Shown piece by piece: positions 9,848 to 18,820 of a stretch of 29,431 nucleotides of DNA (positions are counted from its first letter, which is position 1; the number at the start of each line of letters is the position of its first letter). Source of the stretch: an archaeon (GTDB lineage Archaea; Asgardarchaeota; Thorarchaeia; Thorarchaeales; Thorarchaeaceae); assembly GCA_024276825.1 (NCBI GenBank), contig JAJRWI010000002.1, forward strand, positions 1 to 29,431. Reading direction: 5' to 3'. The position numbers and the translations under genes were made by a program. Under the pieces are notes generated by a model, which was not told the DNA's origin, made no database searches, and saw only the letters and a list, made by a program, of their open reading frames with translations.

Positions 9848-11143
9848 ATGGAATTCATCCATATAGGTGACATACTATCAGGTGATTATGAAGGCAAGAC
9901 CGTTCATCTGCGTGGCTGGGTCCACAGAATTCGTAAGCAGAAAAAGATGGTCTTTGTACTACTTCGTGATCCTACTGGTGTTGTGCAGACAGTGATAAAG
10001 CCCACTGCTGTGGGTGAGAAGACATATGCTGATGCACAGAGGATGCTCATTGAGTCCCTTGTTATAATGACGGGAATTGTCAAAGCAGACTCTCGTGCAG
10101 TTGGCGGATTTGAAGTGCAGGTCAATGAGATGAATGTCCTTCACTTCGCCGAGGAGTTTCCAATCACGGAAAACCAGTCTGTTGAGTTTCTTAATGATAA
10201 CCGTCACCTTTGGATTAGGTCTCGAAAGATGACCAATGTTCTCAGAGTTCGTGATGAGGTGTTCAGAGCAGCACGAGAATACCTGCGAAATAGCGGATTC
10301 TTCGAGACAACCTGCCCGATGTTCGTTAGTACCATGGGTGAGGAAGGCGCAGAATTATTCGAAGTCGAATATTTCGGAAAGAAAGTATATCTGACACAGA
10401 CCAGTCAGATGCATCTTGAGCCACAGCTCTTTGCTCTGGAGAGGGTCTTCATTCTGGCACCATCATTCAGAGCAGAAAAGTCAAGGACCCGCAAGCACCT
10501 CACGGAGTTCTGGCATCTAGAGGTCGAGGAAGCATGGTGCGATCATGACTGCAACATCAAGCGTCAAGAGGAATTGATCAGTCACATCTGCAAGTCTGTT
10601 GCAGAAAACAGGCCCAAGGAGCTCAAGGAACTTGGAGTTGACAGAGAATGTCTTCTTAGTATTGAGCCCAAGTTTGATAGGATGACTTACTCTGAGGCCA
10701 TTGAATATTGTCAGAGCAGGGGGCTCAAGATTGAATGGGGTGAAGATATACGCACAGAAGCTGAACGTGTGTTGACTGATCAACGCGACAATTTTCTTGT
10801 TATTGAATATTATCCCAAAGAGATCAAGTCGTTTTATATGAAGCACAATGAGAATGACCCCCGAACCTACAAGAACAATGATGTCCTTGCGCCTCATGGC
10901 TTCGGCGAAATTATCGGTGGAAGCGAACGTGAAACCGATGCCCAACGCCTGATTGACAATCTTATTCGGATTGGCGATGACCCTGAGAAATACAAATGGT
11001 ATATTGATATTCGGCGATATGGTAGTGTTCAGCACTCGGGCTTTGGTGTTGGCGTGGACCGACTGATAACTTGGATTCTAAAACTTGACCATATTCGTGA
11101 TTGCATACCATTCCCACGAACAGTCAGCCGTATCTATCCGTAA
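9848..11143 (+). CDS. asnS: Asparagine--tRNA ligase
   Basis: N-terminal OB fold (LRGWVHRIR) and class IIb motifs 'YLTQTSQMHLE', 'SFRAEKSRTRKHLTEFWHLEVE', 'GEIIGGSERE' and 'RRYGSVQHSGFGVGVDR'. GGSERE and RAEKSRT favour AsnRS over AspRS. Likely start ATG 9848. Confidence 0.88.
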   Translation: MEFIHIGDILSGDYEGKTVHLRGWVHRIRKQKKMVFVLLRDPTGVVQTVIKPTAVGEKTYADAQRMLIESLVIMTGIVKADSRAVGGFEVQVNEMNVLHFAEEFPITENQSVEFLNDNRHLWIRSRKMTNVLRVRDEVFRAAREYLRNSGFFETTCPMFVSTMGEEGAELFEVEYFGKKVYLTQTSQMHLEPQLFALERVFILAPSFRAEKSRTRKHLTEFWHLEVEEAWCDHDCNIKRQEELISHICKSVAENRPKELKELGVDRECLLSIEPKFDRMTYSEAIEYCQSRGLKIEWGEDIRTEAERVLTDQRDNFLVIEYYPKEIKSFYMKHNENDPRTYKNNDVLAPHGFGEIIGGSERETDAQRLIDNLIRIGDDPEKYKWYIDIRRYGSVQHSGFGVGVDRLITWILKLDHIRDCIPFPRTVSRIYP

Positions 11144-11150
11144 TTTAATG

Positions 11151-11184
11151 TGAAGGGCCTACATGCCCTCCATCCCCTTTTTTT
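11151..11184 (+). terminator. Putative terminator of asnS
   Basis: Stem AGGGC-ctacat-GCCCT followed by a T7 tract (11178-11184). Confidence 0.55.
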
Positions 11185-11233
11185 CTGTCATTCAGAATAA
11201 ATCAAATAGCATCAGGAGTATGGATAACTTGCA

Positions 11234-11749
11234 ATGAATATTTTATTGACTGGTCCCCCTCGAATTGGCAAGACAACAGTAATAAAACGAATTATCGAAA
11301 TAATTGGAATAAACGATACAATGGGCTTCTGGTCAGAAGAGATCAGGGAGCATGGGAAGCGGGTCGGATTTGGGATAATGACGACATTGGGAGAGTCTGG
11401 GATATTGGCTCATGTTAGTCTGAAGGAGGGACCGCGAGTTAGCAAGTATCATGTGAACGTTGCTGACATTAACCACATCATCGTTCCAGTCTTAAGAAGA
11501 GCGGTAAGATCTAACAAGATCATCATCATCGACGAAATAGCAAAAATGGAGCTTTTCTCCAAAGAGTTTGCTGATGCTGTAATTGAATGCTTGAACACAG
11601 GAAATGTGATTGGTACAATTCAACTAAGACGAGATCTATTCCTAGAACAGATACGCGGGCGACCTGATTGCATGATAATTAATGTGACTCATGCTAATCG
11701 AGATACTCTGCCAATGAAGATACTTGAGATAATTCAAAGGCATGAGTGA
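11234..11749 (+). CDS. Nucleoside-triphosphatase (THEP1/NTPCR family)
   Basis: Walker A 'LTGPPRIGKT', plus 'GFWSEEIREHGKRVGF', 'VSKYHV' and 'IIIDEIAKMELFS'. Confidence 0.9.
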   Translation: MNILLTGPPRIGKTTVIKRIIEIIGINDTMGFWSEEIREHGKRVGFGIMTTLGESGILAHVSLKEGPRVSKYHVNVADINHIIVPVLRRAVRSNKIIIIDEIAKMELFSKEFADAVIECLNTGNVIGTIQLRRDLFLEQIRGRPDCMIINVTHANRDTLPMKILEIIQRHE

Positions 11750-11753
11750 AAGT

Positions 11754-13541
11754 CTACCTTGAACGCGTTCTTGTCTTGAAGTAAATTACCGCAATCGCAA
11801 TGGATGATAATCCACCTAGAATCGCAGCACCAGCAATAAGGAGTGGTGGTGTTCTCTCGGGCAGCTGCGAGCTGATTGTGTAGTTAAACCATTGAGTCAC
11901 ATGTTCATTCTTTACAGATGAGTTATCAACAGCACGAAGTCTGAAGAACACGGTTTCACCATTGACAAACTCGCCAAGTTCTGCATTGTATATATTATCA
12001 AACTGCAGGGTCATATTTTTGGAATTAGGATTCTCCGGGTCATTTGTGTACCACTCGATAGTGATTGATGAAATATTGTTACGATCCCATACATATGCCT
12101 GCACTGTCAGATTGTTTGTTGAAACAGTGGTGAATGACTGTAAGACCCTCACCTGACTAATGGTTGGCAGATGAGCGTCTGGGGTGACCTCAACAGTTGT
12201 GATGAATATGGTAGTCTGATTGAAGTAATCAATCAAAGTCATGTTATAGATATAAGTGCCAACTGCAAGACCATCTACTGATACAACAAAATTCTGACCA
12301 CTCCAAGTTCCATTCATAATAATTGTTATATTGAGCCCATCATATCTTGTCAGATTGTATGTCTTAGGATTACTCTCATCAATCGTCCAGTTTATCTCAT
12401 AACCCGTATAGCCTTCCTCATATGTGATCTCATCTGTCGCATTGACCACTGGTGCCCTGATGTCTTCATAGACCGTAATGTTGACACTGTCAGTTGAATT
12501 ATGATCATACTCGTCAAACAGTATGATTGTGAATGTGTAGTTGCCTAAGTAGAGATTGGTCACATTAATCTGAATGTCTTGCCCTTTGGGATCGTCAAAG
12601 GACCAATCTGGCTGGCTGATATTAGCTGGTGGATGAGCCTGTCCAGGCGGGCCATATTCAGTGTCGTTAAAATGAACGATAACCCTGATAGAGTAGTTCT
12701 TTGGATTGCTATCATAGACATGCCATTTTAGCACATATGGCCCAGCACCAAACTCATAGGAGATGTCATCAGGAGAATCAACCACGGGATCTGTCAAGTC
12801 TTCACTGACTGTGACATTTACAGTGCTTGTTGAATTATGGCCAAGAGTGTCATTTACGAATAATGTATAGAGATATGAATGAGTGGCATTTAAACCATCA
12901 ATTCCAATTGATATGTTTCCTCCGGCCCAGTTCCCACTCTCAATCACTGTGAAGTTATTGCTCGGATAGTCAGAGAGTCTTGTGATATTGTAAAAGTCTG
13001 GATTGGTCTCATTGATCATCCATATTATTTCATGCCCAAAACTGCCAACCTCGTAAGTGTAATTAGCCGGTTCTTCCAAAACAATCCCATCTACTTCTAT
13101 AGTAATTATGGGGTTGGTTTCATCAGCAATCACTGTTACCATAACTGTGTCTGAAACGGACTCATTTTGCTTGTCAAAGACGACACAAGTGAACTCAAAG
13201 CTCACTGGGAGTGAATATGTCAGGTTCTCCTCGTAGAGATGATCAAGTTCCACAACAATCTCAGAACCATCCCAGTTCCCTGAGTCTATGATTTCACCAT
13301 CTCTCGAAACTGAATAGTTCAAGGGTTCATTGGAAGTGGCGTTCCATACAATCTTCTCTCCAAGACTACCATTTTCAAATGTCAAATCTGGTGGTGAGTT
13401 AATTGATGGAGCTGCAAGCTCGAAGTTATTGGGTGCTATAGTATTAGTTGCAAAATCTGCTAGTCCCACCATTGCAGGTGTCAAGAATAGCCAGAACATT
13501 AGAATTGCAATCGTCAGATGCTTTGTCTTAGTTAGCTCCAT
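11754..13541 (-). CDS. Membrane-anchored cell-surface glycoprotein with four Ig-like repeats and a C-terminal beta-sandwich domain
   Basis: Signal peptide (MELTKTKHLTIAILMFW...), repeats of 'P.I..P.D..YE.G..G..I.W...E.NP..Y.I', many sequons, and a C-terminal TM plus KTRTRSR tail. Likely ATG at 13541. Confidence 0.8.
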   Translation of the reverse strand: MELTKTKHLTIAILMFWLFLTPAMVGLADFATNTIAPNNFELAAPSINSPPDLTFENGSLGEKIVWNATSNEPLNYSVSRDGEIIDSGNWDGSEIVVELDHLYEENLTYSLPVSFEFTCVVFDKQNESVSDTVMVTVIADETNPIITIEVDGIVLEEPANYTYEVGSFGHEIIWMINETNPDFYNITRLSDYPSNNFTVIESGNWAGGNISIGIDGLNATHSYLYTLFVNDTLGHNSTSTVNVTVSEDLTDPVVDSPDDISYEFGAGPYVLKWHVYDSNPKNYSIRVIVHFNDTEYGPPGQAHPPANISQPDWSFDDPKGQDIQINVTNLYLGNYTFTIILFDEYDHNSTDSVNITVYEDIRAPVVNATDEITYEEGYTGYEINWTIDESNPKTYNLTRYDGLNITIIMNGTWSGQNFVVSVDGLAVGTYIYNMTLIDYFNQTTIFITTVEVTPDAHLPTISQVRVLQSFTTVSTNNLTVQAYVWDRNNISSITIEWYTNDPENPNSKNMTLQFDNIYNAELGEFVNGETVFFRLRAVDNSSVKNEHVTQWFNYTISSQLPERTPPLLIAGAAILGGLSSIAIAVIYFKTRTRSR

Positions 13542-13741
13542 TATGACCACACAACCAAATGGTTTATACACTATTCATTGGCGGTCGAACCATTCTCTTG
13601 GGTTTTATAGCTATCGGTATTTCAAATAATGAACTTTGCACACATCATCTATGGTTAAAAGAGCAAGCCTTGGCCATGTCTGCATACCAACAATATAGTG
13701 TTAAGAAGCCTCATGATATAATAAAGCAAAAGGTGTAACTA

Positions 13742-14674
13742 TTGCCAAAGGCTGCATTTGCAATATGGTGGGACGACCGTTTAGGACCCTCTCTTGGTCG
13801 AAGCTATCCACATATCGAACTTTCAGAAGAAGACATCCTAAACATCTTCATGGGTCATGGTCTAAACAGCGAGGCCAAAATTGGCTATACCAAGATACGA
13901 GCTGGTCTTGTAATTTCATACATGCAGGCCCCCACTTGTATTGGCATTCTGCTGGATGAGAATGATGACCCAGATGTGATAGAGAGAAACCTTCTACGAC
14001 TTGTCCCGTATATTGATATAACCTCAGATTCTTGGGATGATGAGATAAAGAAGGCTTATGAAACATTAGTTGAACTTATTCATGAAACCTCTGGAGAAGA
14101 GTTTCTATCGAAGCCTGAGGTCAAGAGTTTCATTCAAGAGATTAAGAACGGACATATTAAAGTGATTGCGCCAAAATACACCCTGCAAAGTATCCAACGA
14201 TACAAGATTGCGGAAGAGTTCTTTGGTAATGATCCCGATGAAGTTGTTAGAATCCTTCAAGATCTTGAGAGAGAGAATGTTGTTATCCCAAAGTCCTTTG
14301 GTAGGAGACTAGAATGCAGACAATGTGGTGATACTGAAGTTGCAATTGAGCTTCATTGTCCTCGCTGTGACTCACGCGACTTGCACAATGTCTTCACAGT
14401 ATTTTGTCCAAAATGCAGCGAACAGTTTCAGACAGTCATCATTGACGAACTCACTGAAGTGCGTTGCCAAAACTGCCATGAGGCCGTAAAAGTATCAGAA
14501 CTGTCTGTGATTGATGTTGAACCCCTATGCAATAATTGTGGAACTGCTTCTGATGAACCAAAGATTGTTTTGACCTGTGCAACATGTGGAAAGAAGCTTA
14601 AAGGAGCTGATCTCCTTGGAGGAACGGGTCTGGCATACTATCCTTCAAAGGAATACTTTGATTCGCCCCATTAA
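13742..14674 (+). CDS. uDENN/longin-like N-terminal domain fused to a TackOD1-like multi-CxxC metal-binding domain
   Basis: N-terminus 'AFAIWWDDRLGPSLGRSYP' fits the uDENN-type beta1-GP-beta2-P pattern. The C-terminal half has 'ILQDLERENVV' followed by CRQC, CPRC, CPKC, CQNC, CNNC and CATC. TTG start with AGGTG SD. Confidence 0.7.
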   Translation: MPKAAFAIWWDDRLGPSLGRSYPHIELSEEDILNIFMGHGLNSEAKIGYTKIRAGLVISYMQAPTCIGILLDENDDPDVIERNLLRLVPYIDITSDSWDDEIKKAYETLVELIHETSGEEFLSKPEVKSFIQEIKNGHIKVIAPKYTLQSIQRYKIAEEFFGNDPDEVVRILQDLERENVVIPKSFGRRLECRQCGDTEVAIELHCPRCDSRDLHNVFTVFCPKCSEQFQTVIIDELTEVRCQNCHEAVKVSELSVIDVEPLCNNCGTASDEPKIVLTCATCGKKLKGADLLGGTGLAYYPSKEYFDSPH

Positions 14675-14812
14675 AGTATATGAACTTGCAATAACACGTC
14701 TTTATGTTGCAGAGTCTGATTGCACTTGGAATCTATACCTGTGAGAGCTTTTTTTCCAAATGGCTTTACATCAATAGATCAGAACTGCAAAGGCTCCAAC
14801 TACAAGAATTCT

Positions 14813-16429
14813 CTACTGGCCATTGCTCTTTTTCAAGGCCTTTTTGACAACTTCTCTCGCAGACTCGATTAATTTCTTGGCCCGTGCCTCTCCAAGCCCT
14901 TCGACCTTCGATGCCAACCTCTTTGGCGTCTCTCCCGCCAGCTGTGCAGCTGAAGTATAGCCAGCATCGCTGAGTTTTGCTTCCAGAGCTGTCCCAACTC
15001 CTGGAATTCTGCGCAGGGGCAACATTTCGGTAAAGTCATCACCAAGAATATCATGAATCTCTTCGTCTGAAAGGTCTGAACTCACATCCAAGATTTCGAG
15101 CTGATGACGTACTGCTTCAAAGTCCTCTTGTCCCAGAAATGCATCAACTGTCCTTTCAACCTCTCTATCATCGAAATCAATCCGAAGGTCTTCCATCTCC
15201 ATCTCTCGTCCCACGATCTCAGGAAGATGTCCGCTTAGATACAATGCAATTAATGTAAGAAAGATTGCGGTCTCGCGACCAACTGATGCGATTATATTGG
15301 GGATTGACCAGCCCCAAGCACTCAGATCAACTGCCCAGAATAAGCACATATATCCGAGGAAAAAGAACCATACCGCTGTCAATCTTCTGCCTTTTGTCTT
15401 AGCCGAGCCCAGTTCAGTCCATATTAATAGTAGAACTAGGCCAAGAAAATATCCTTCGACACTACGTTCAAAAATGAGGAGAGGTGCTGCGTTTAATATC
15501 AATGTCCTTGATACAGGATCAATGTATAGAAAGACCGAACTAAATATGGTGAGGAGTGACATTAATAGAATCATTGTGCTGAATGATGTCTTTCTGCCTA
15601 TCCTATCAGCCATGATTCCAGCAATTGCTATGCCCCCAATGAAAAAGGCATATTCCCATAGACCAATATTTGCCTCTTGAGCCAGTGAAATAATGCTTGG
15701 ATCGCTAAGTATCAGAAGTTTTACATGAAAGTACCAAAGCATGTACGAAGCCATGATGCAAACTGTAGGCATGAAATATAACATGGACTTGCCCGAAGCA
15801 GCAAGAGGCACTTGAGTCAGTCTCCATGGCTTAACAGCGGCACTGACAATAATCAAAGCAACAATGGCAAGAGTTTCTGGAATTGGAATAATAAAGACAC
15901 TCAGTGGAATGCCACGACTCTCCATGGTGGGATAGAGGAGGGCCAGAAATACAGATAGTGCGAGAAATGAGACTGCCACTCTACCTCTGAATCTCACGAC
16001 AACTGTGCGACTCATTAAAACTGTAAGACTGGGGAGTGACAGGGCCAGTCCAAGAAATGCGTTAATCACGACAAGGTATTCAATGAATGGTGAGTACTGA
16101 TTTGGAGTTCCCATGGCCATGTATATGAACATGGTAATGGGAGCAAGGGCAGAACCCACAATGGCAAGATAAACTGGTCTGTTGATTCTATCAATCACAA
16201 AGCCCACAATTGGCAAGGCAATCGTTGATGCAAGCGCACCCACTCCTAACAATGGCATATGATCAACTATCACTGGCAGAAGTAGAACTCCCTGCGTGAC
16301 CCTTAGTATGTAATAGAAGCTCAATGCAATTGATGGGGAAAAGAGCATATATATCAAAGCAATCCTTGTTGGGAACTCTCTATACTCTAACAATACACTC
16401 ACCAAGGTTTCTTGAGCTAGTCCTAGCAA
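14813..16429 (-). CDS. MFS-fold membrane protein with an acidic linker and C-terminal tandem helix-hairpin-helix domain
   Basis: About 12 TM segments and MFS motif-A-like loops 'VGFVIDRINR' and 'AGIMADRIGRK'. C-terminus 'LRRIPGVGTALEAKLSDAGY...VEGLGEARAKKLIESAR' is HhH-type. Confidence 0.72.
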   Translation of the reverse strand: MLGLAQETLVSVLLEYREFPTRIALIYMLFSPSIALSFYYILRVTQGVLLLPVIVDHMPLLGVGALASTIALPIVGFVIDRINRPVYLAIVGSALAPITMFIYMAMGTPNQYSPFIEYLVVINAFLGLALSLPSLTVLMSRTVVVRFRGRVAVSFLALSVFLALLYPTMESRGIPLSVFIIPIPETLAIVALIIVSAAVKPWRLTQVPLAASGKSMLYFMPTVCIMASYMLWYFHVKLLILSDPSIISLAQEANIGLWEYAFFIGGIAIAGIMADRIGRKTSFSTMILLMSLLTIFSSVFLYIDPVSRTLILNAAPLLIFERSVEGYFLGLVLLLIWTELGSAKTKGRRLTAVWFFFLGYMCLFWAVDLSAWGWSIPNIIASVGRETAIFLTLIALYLSGHLPEIVGREMEMEDLRIDFDDREVERTVDAFLGQEDFEAVRHQLEILDVSSDLSDEEIHDILGDDFTEMLPLRRIPGVGTALEAKLSDAGYTSAAQLAGETPKRLASKVEGLGEARAKKLIESAREVVKKALKKSNGQ

Positions 16430-16464
16430 ATAAGATGATTTGGTTTTTATCCTTTGTCAGTTTC

Positions 16465-16493
16465 TTAACCTTAATTTACACACATAAGGTTAA
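16465..16493. promoter_or_regulatory. Perfect 9-bp inverted repeat in the divergent intergenic region (symmetric bidirectional promoter or operator)
   Basis: TTAACCTTA-N11-TAAGGTTAA, lying 36 nt from the MFS-HhH start and 48 nt from the longin gene start. Confidence 0.55.
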
Positions 16494-16540
16494 AGACCTA
16501 ACATCACCCAAAAAGCTCAGGGAATCTAGGAGTCACATCA

Positions 16541-17452
16541 ATGGTAGGTAGATTGAAAGTTCATGAGTTCATGATCATCTCGTCAGGCGGTGTTCCAGTA
16601 TTTCATTATGCTCTTAGTGAGTCCAAACGCCTTGACGAATTACTATCTGGCTTTCTAACCGCCATTACAAGCTTTGCATCCGAATTTGGCGAACGAAGTG
16701 TTCAGAGTCTTTCCTTTGAGGACTCGGAGATTCTATATGAACAGACTGAAGATGCAATTTTCATCTTCCTGGTCGAGAATCAAGCACCTGAGAGGATTCT
16801 GAGGATTGTCCTCCAGGAGCTCAGTATCAAATTCATAAAGCAATATGAACATGAACTCTCACTTAATGTTGCCTATGATGACATGTTCACTGACTTCACC
16901 AGCATTGTTAAGGAAGTTTTCGACTATTATGAGGGCGTCTTGATTCTTATCTCAAAGTTGAGTTCCTATGTTGTACCAGAAAAGGATGAGAATGCTCTTC
17001 AGCAGGTCACTGAACAAGCACCATTCCTTGATGAGTTTCATAGAGCTTTTGGCAATGAGGGTATTCGAGTGCTTGAAACGATTAATGGCAAGAAGACAAT
17101 AGAACAGCTAAGTGTAGACTTGAGCATGGAGGAAACCAAAGTCCGCGAAATCATCGAGTACTTGACAATCTGGGGAGTGCTAAGGATCTCGCAACTGTGT
17201 CCCAAGTTCGGAGCCGATAACGAGAGATTTGATGCATTTCTTGACTTGATTGGTCTTCCAAGCAAGGACTATCAATTACTCAAGAAAGCAAGGCCCTTGT
17301 GCACGGGTACACGTTCAATAACCGAAATAAGCGAACGTCTTAATGTTCCCGCTGATCGCATATATGAGGTATTAATGAAAGTTGGTGATGAAGTCAAGTG
17401 GAATATGGTTGAAGTGATTGGTATGCCTCCTTCAAGATTGCTTGCCATTTAG
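16541..17452 (+). CDS. Longin-like domain plus tandem winged-helix protein (paralog A)
   Basis: N-terminal 'MIISSGGVPVFHY...DELLSGFLTAITSFASEFG' fits the Asgard longin pattern. Two wHTH-like segments: 'INGKKTIEQLSVDLSM...IIEYLTIWGVL' and 'CTGTRSITEISERLNVP'. ATG with GGAG SD. Confidence 0.72.
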   Translation: MVGRLKVHEFMIISSGGVPVFHYALSESKRLDELLSGFLTAITSFASEFGERSVQSLSFEDSEILYEQTEDAIFIFLVENQAPERILRIVLQELSIKFIKQYEHELSLNVAYDDMFTDFTSIVKEVFDYYEGVLILISKLSSYVVPEKDENALQQVTEQAPFLDEFHRAFGNEGIRVLETINGKKTIEQLSVDLSMEETKVREIIEYLTIWGVLRISQLCPKFGADNERFDAFLDLIGLPSKDYQLLKKARPLCTGTRSITEISERLNVPADRIYEVLMKVGDEVKWNMVEVIGMPPSRLLAI

Positions 17453-17524
17453 TCGCCTTTTTTGCTTTCCTGCCATCTATTTATTAGTTAAAATTACTAT
17501 GAGTTTCTGCTGGAGACATCGATA

Positions 17525-18820
17525 TTGGTGAAAGAAATAGTTGTGATTCTTGATACCGGAATTCCACTTTTTCATTATGGAATCATTGGCGAGAGAAAGA
17601 TCGATGAGTTGGTATCAGGATTCCTTTCTGCGATGGGCTCATTTGCAGAGAGCATTGGCGGTGAACCAGTAAAAGTGATCTCTTTTGCAGAGAACAAACT
17701 TGTGTGGGTGAAAAAGGGCAATTTGTTCTTCATTGCCATGATATCTCAGAACGATAGTGAAGAAATATACTGGGTGATTTTGCAGGAGCTGGCGGATCAG
17801 TTTGTTGGAATGTATTATGAAGAATTAATGAAAGAATGGCAGGACCCCCGTATGTTTAGGCCCTTTGCTGAAGTCGTAGAACTCACACTCCAAAGATTTA
17901 ATGGTGTTCCTGGTCTTGCGCGACGATATAAGACTGCATTATTGCCAATAAATGACTTAAATCAAATCAAGAACGCTCTTGTTCACCTAGAAGATAACGA
18001 TTACATTTTGCGAGGTGCAGTACTTACTCAGGATGCATACATCATAGTTTCGACATTGAGAACTTACGAACTTGAAGCAATTCTTGATCTCTTTCCTACT
18101 ATAATGGAAGATAAAGAGAAGGCATGTCAAGGACTGTTGATAGTACATACAAGTCTTGATCCGGTCACCTCCTTCTTTGTAGTGAACATGAGGGAACAAT
18201 GCTTCTGTGTCTTTGTGGTGCACAAAAGTCTGGAAAACGACAAGTATCTTGAGATAATAAAGCCCTTTATCTCATTAGTGAAAAAGATCAATCTTTCATT
18301 GATAAAACGAGTTCATCCAATGATGAGCAAAGAAACATTGACTTTCTATGATTACGACCTTGTGGTTCCAAAAAGGACCATTACAGAGATGAAGGTAGAG
18401 ATACCAATTGTTCTAAAAGGTCTGACCGAAGAACATCTCGAGCAATCAATGAATATTATTGAACAACTTGAAGGCAATATCACAATTGCGGACCTTGAAG
18501 AACTCACGCACTATTCAAAAGATGCCATAACAGAAATTCTAGCATATTTAATCGCCAAGGACTTTGTGCAGATCTGCAAGATATATCCCATAATGCCTGA
18601 ACGGGATGATCGATTTTCAGCATATCTCGAACTAATCGGAATACCTAAGAAAGACTTTGACATTGTAGATATGATATGGAAATATTGTAATGGTAGTTAT
18701 TCAATCCAAGAGATATCAAATAAGACAGGTATCCCTGCATCAAGAATATTAGATGTTCTTCGTAAGCTGGGAAATCAAGTAAAATGGGAAACAGAAAGGG
18801 TGTTGAGTCGTGTCGGGTAA
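17525..18820 (+). CDS. Longin-like domain, roadblock-like domain and tandem winged-helix protein (paralog B)
   Basis: N-terminal 'VVILDTGIPLFHY...DELVSGFLSAMGSFAESIG'. Central insert 'LEDNDYILRGAVLTQDAYIIVS...SFFVVNMREQCFCVFVVHKS' has a roadblock/profilin-like pattern. C-terminus is clearly homologous to paralog A. TTG/GTG start with GGAG SD. Confidence 0.7.
   Translation: MVKEIVVILDTGIPLFHYGIIGERKIDELVSGFLSAMGSFAESIGGEPVKVISFAENKLVWVKKGNLFFIAMISQNDSEEIYWVILQELADQFVGMYYEELMKEWQDPRMFRPFAEVVELTLQRFNGVPGLARRYKTALLPINDLNQIKNALVHLEDNDYILRGAVLTQDAYIIVSTLRTYELEAILDLFPTIMEDKEKACQGLLIVHTSLDPVTSFFVVNMREQCFCVFVVHKSLENDKYLEIIKPFISLVKKINLSLIKRVHPMMSKETLTFYDYDLVVPKRTITEMKVEIPIVLKGLTEEHLEQSMNIIEQLEGNITIADLEELTHYSKDAITEILAYLIAKDFVQICKIYPIMPERDDRFSAYLELIGIPKKDFDIVDMIWKYCNGSYSIQEISNKTGIPASRILDVLRKLGNQVKWETERVLSRVG

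Noticed and set aside
10517-11035. 172-aa antisense ORF within asnS, and the other short nested ORFs in the track
   Set aside because: They overlap well-supported genes and have no recognisable motifs.
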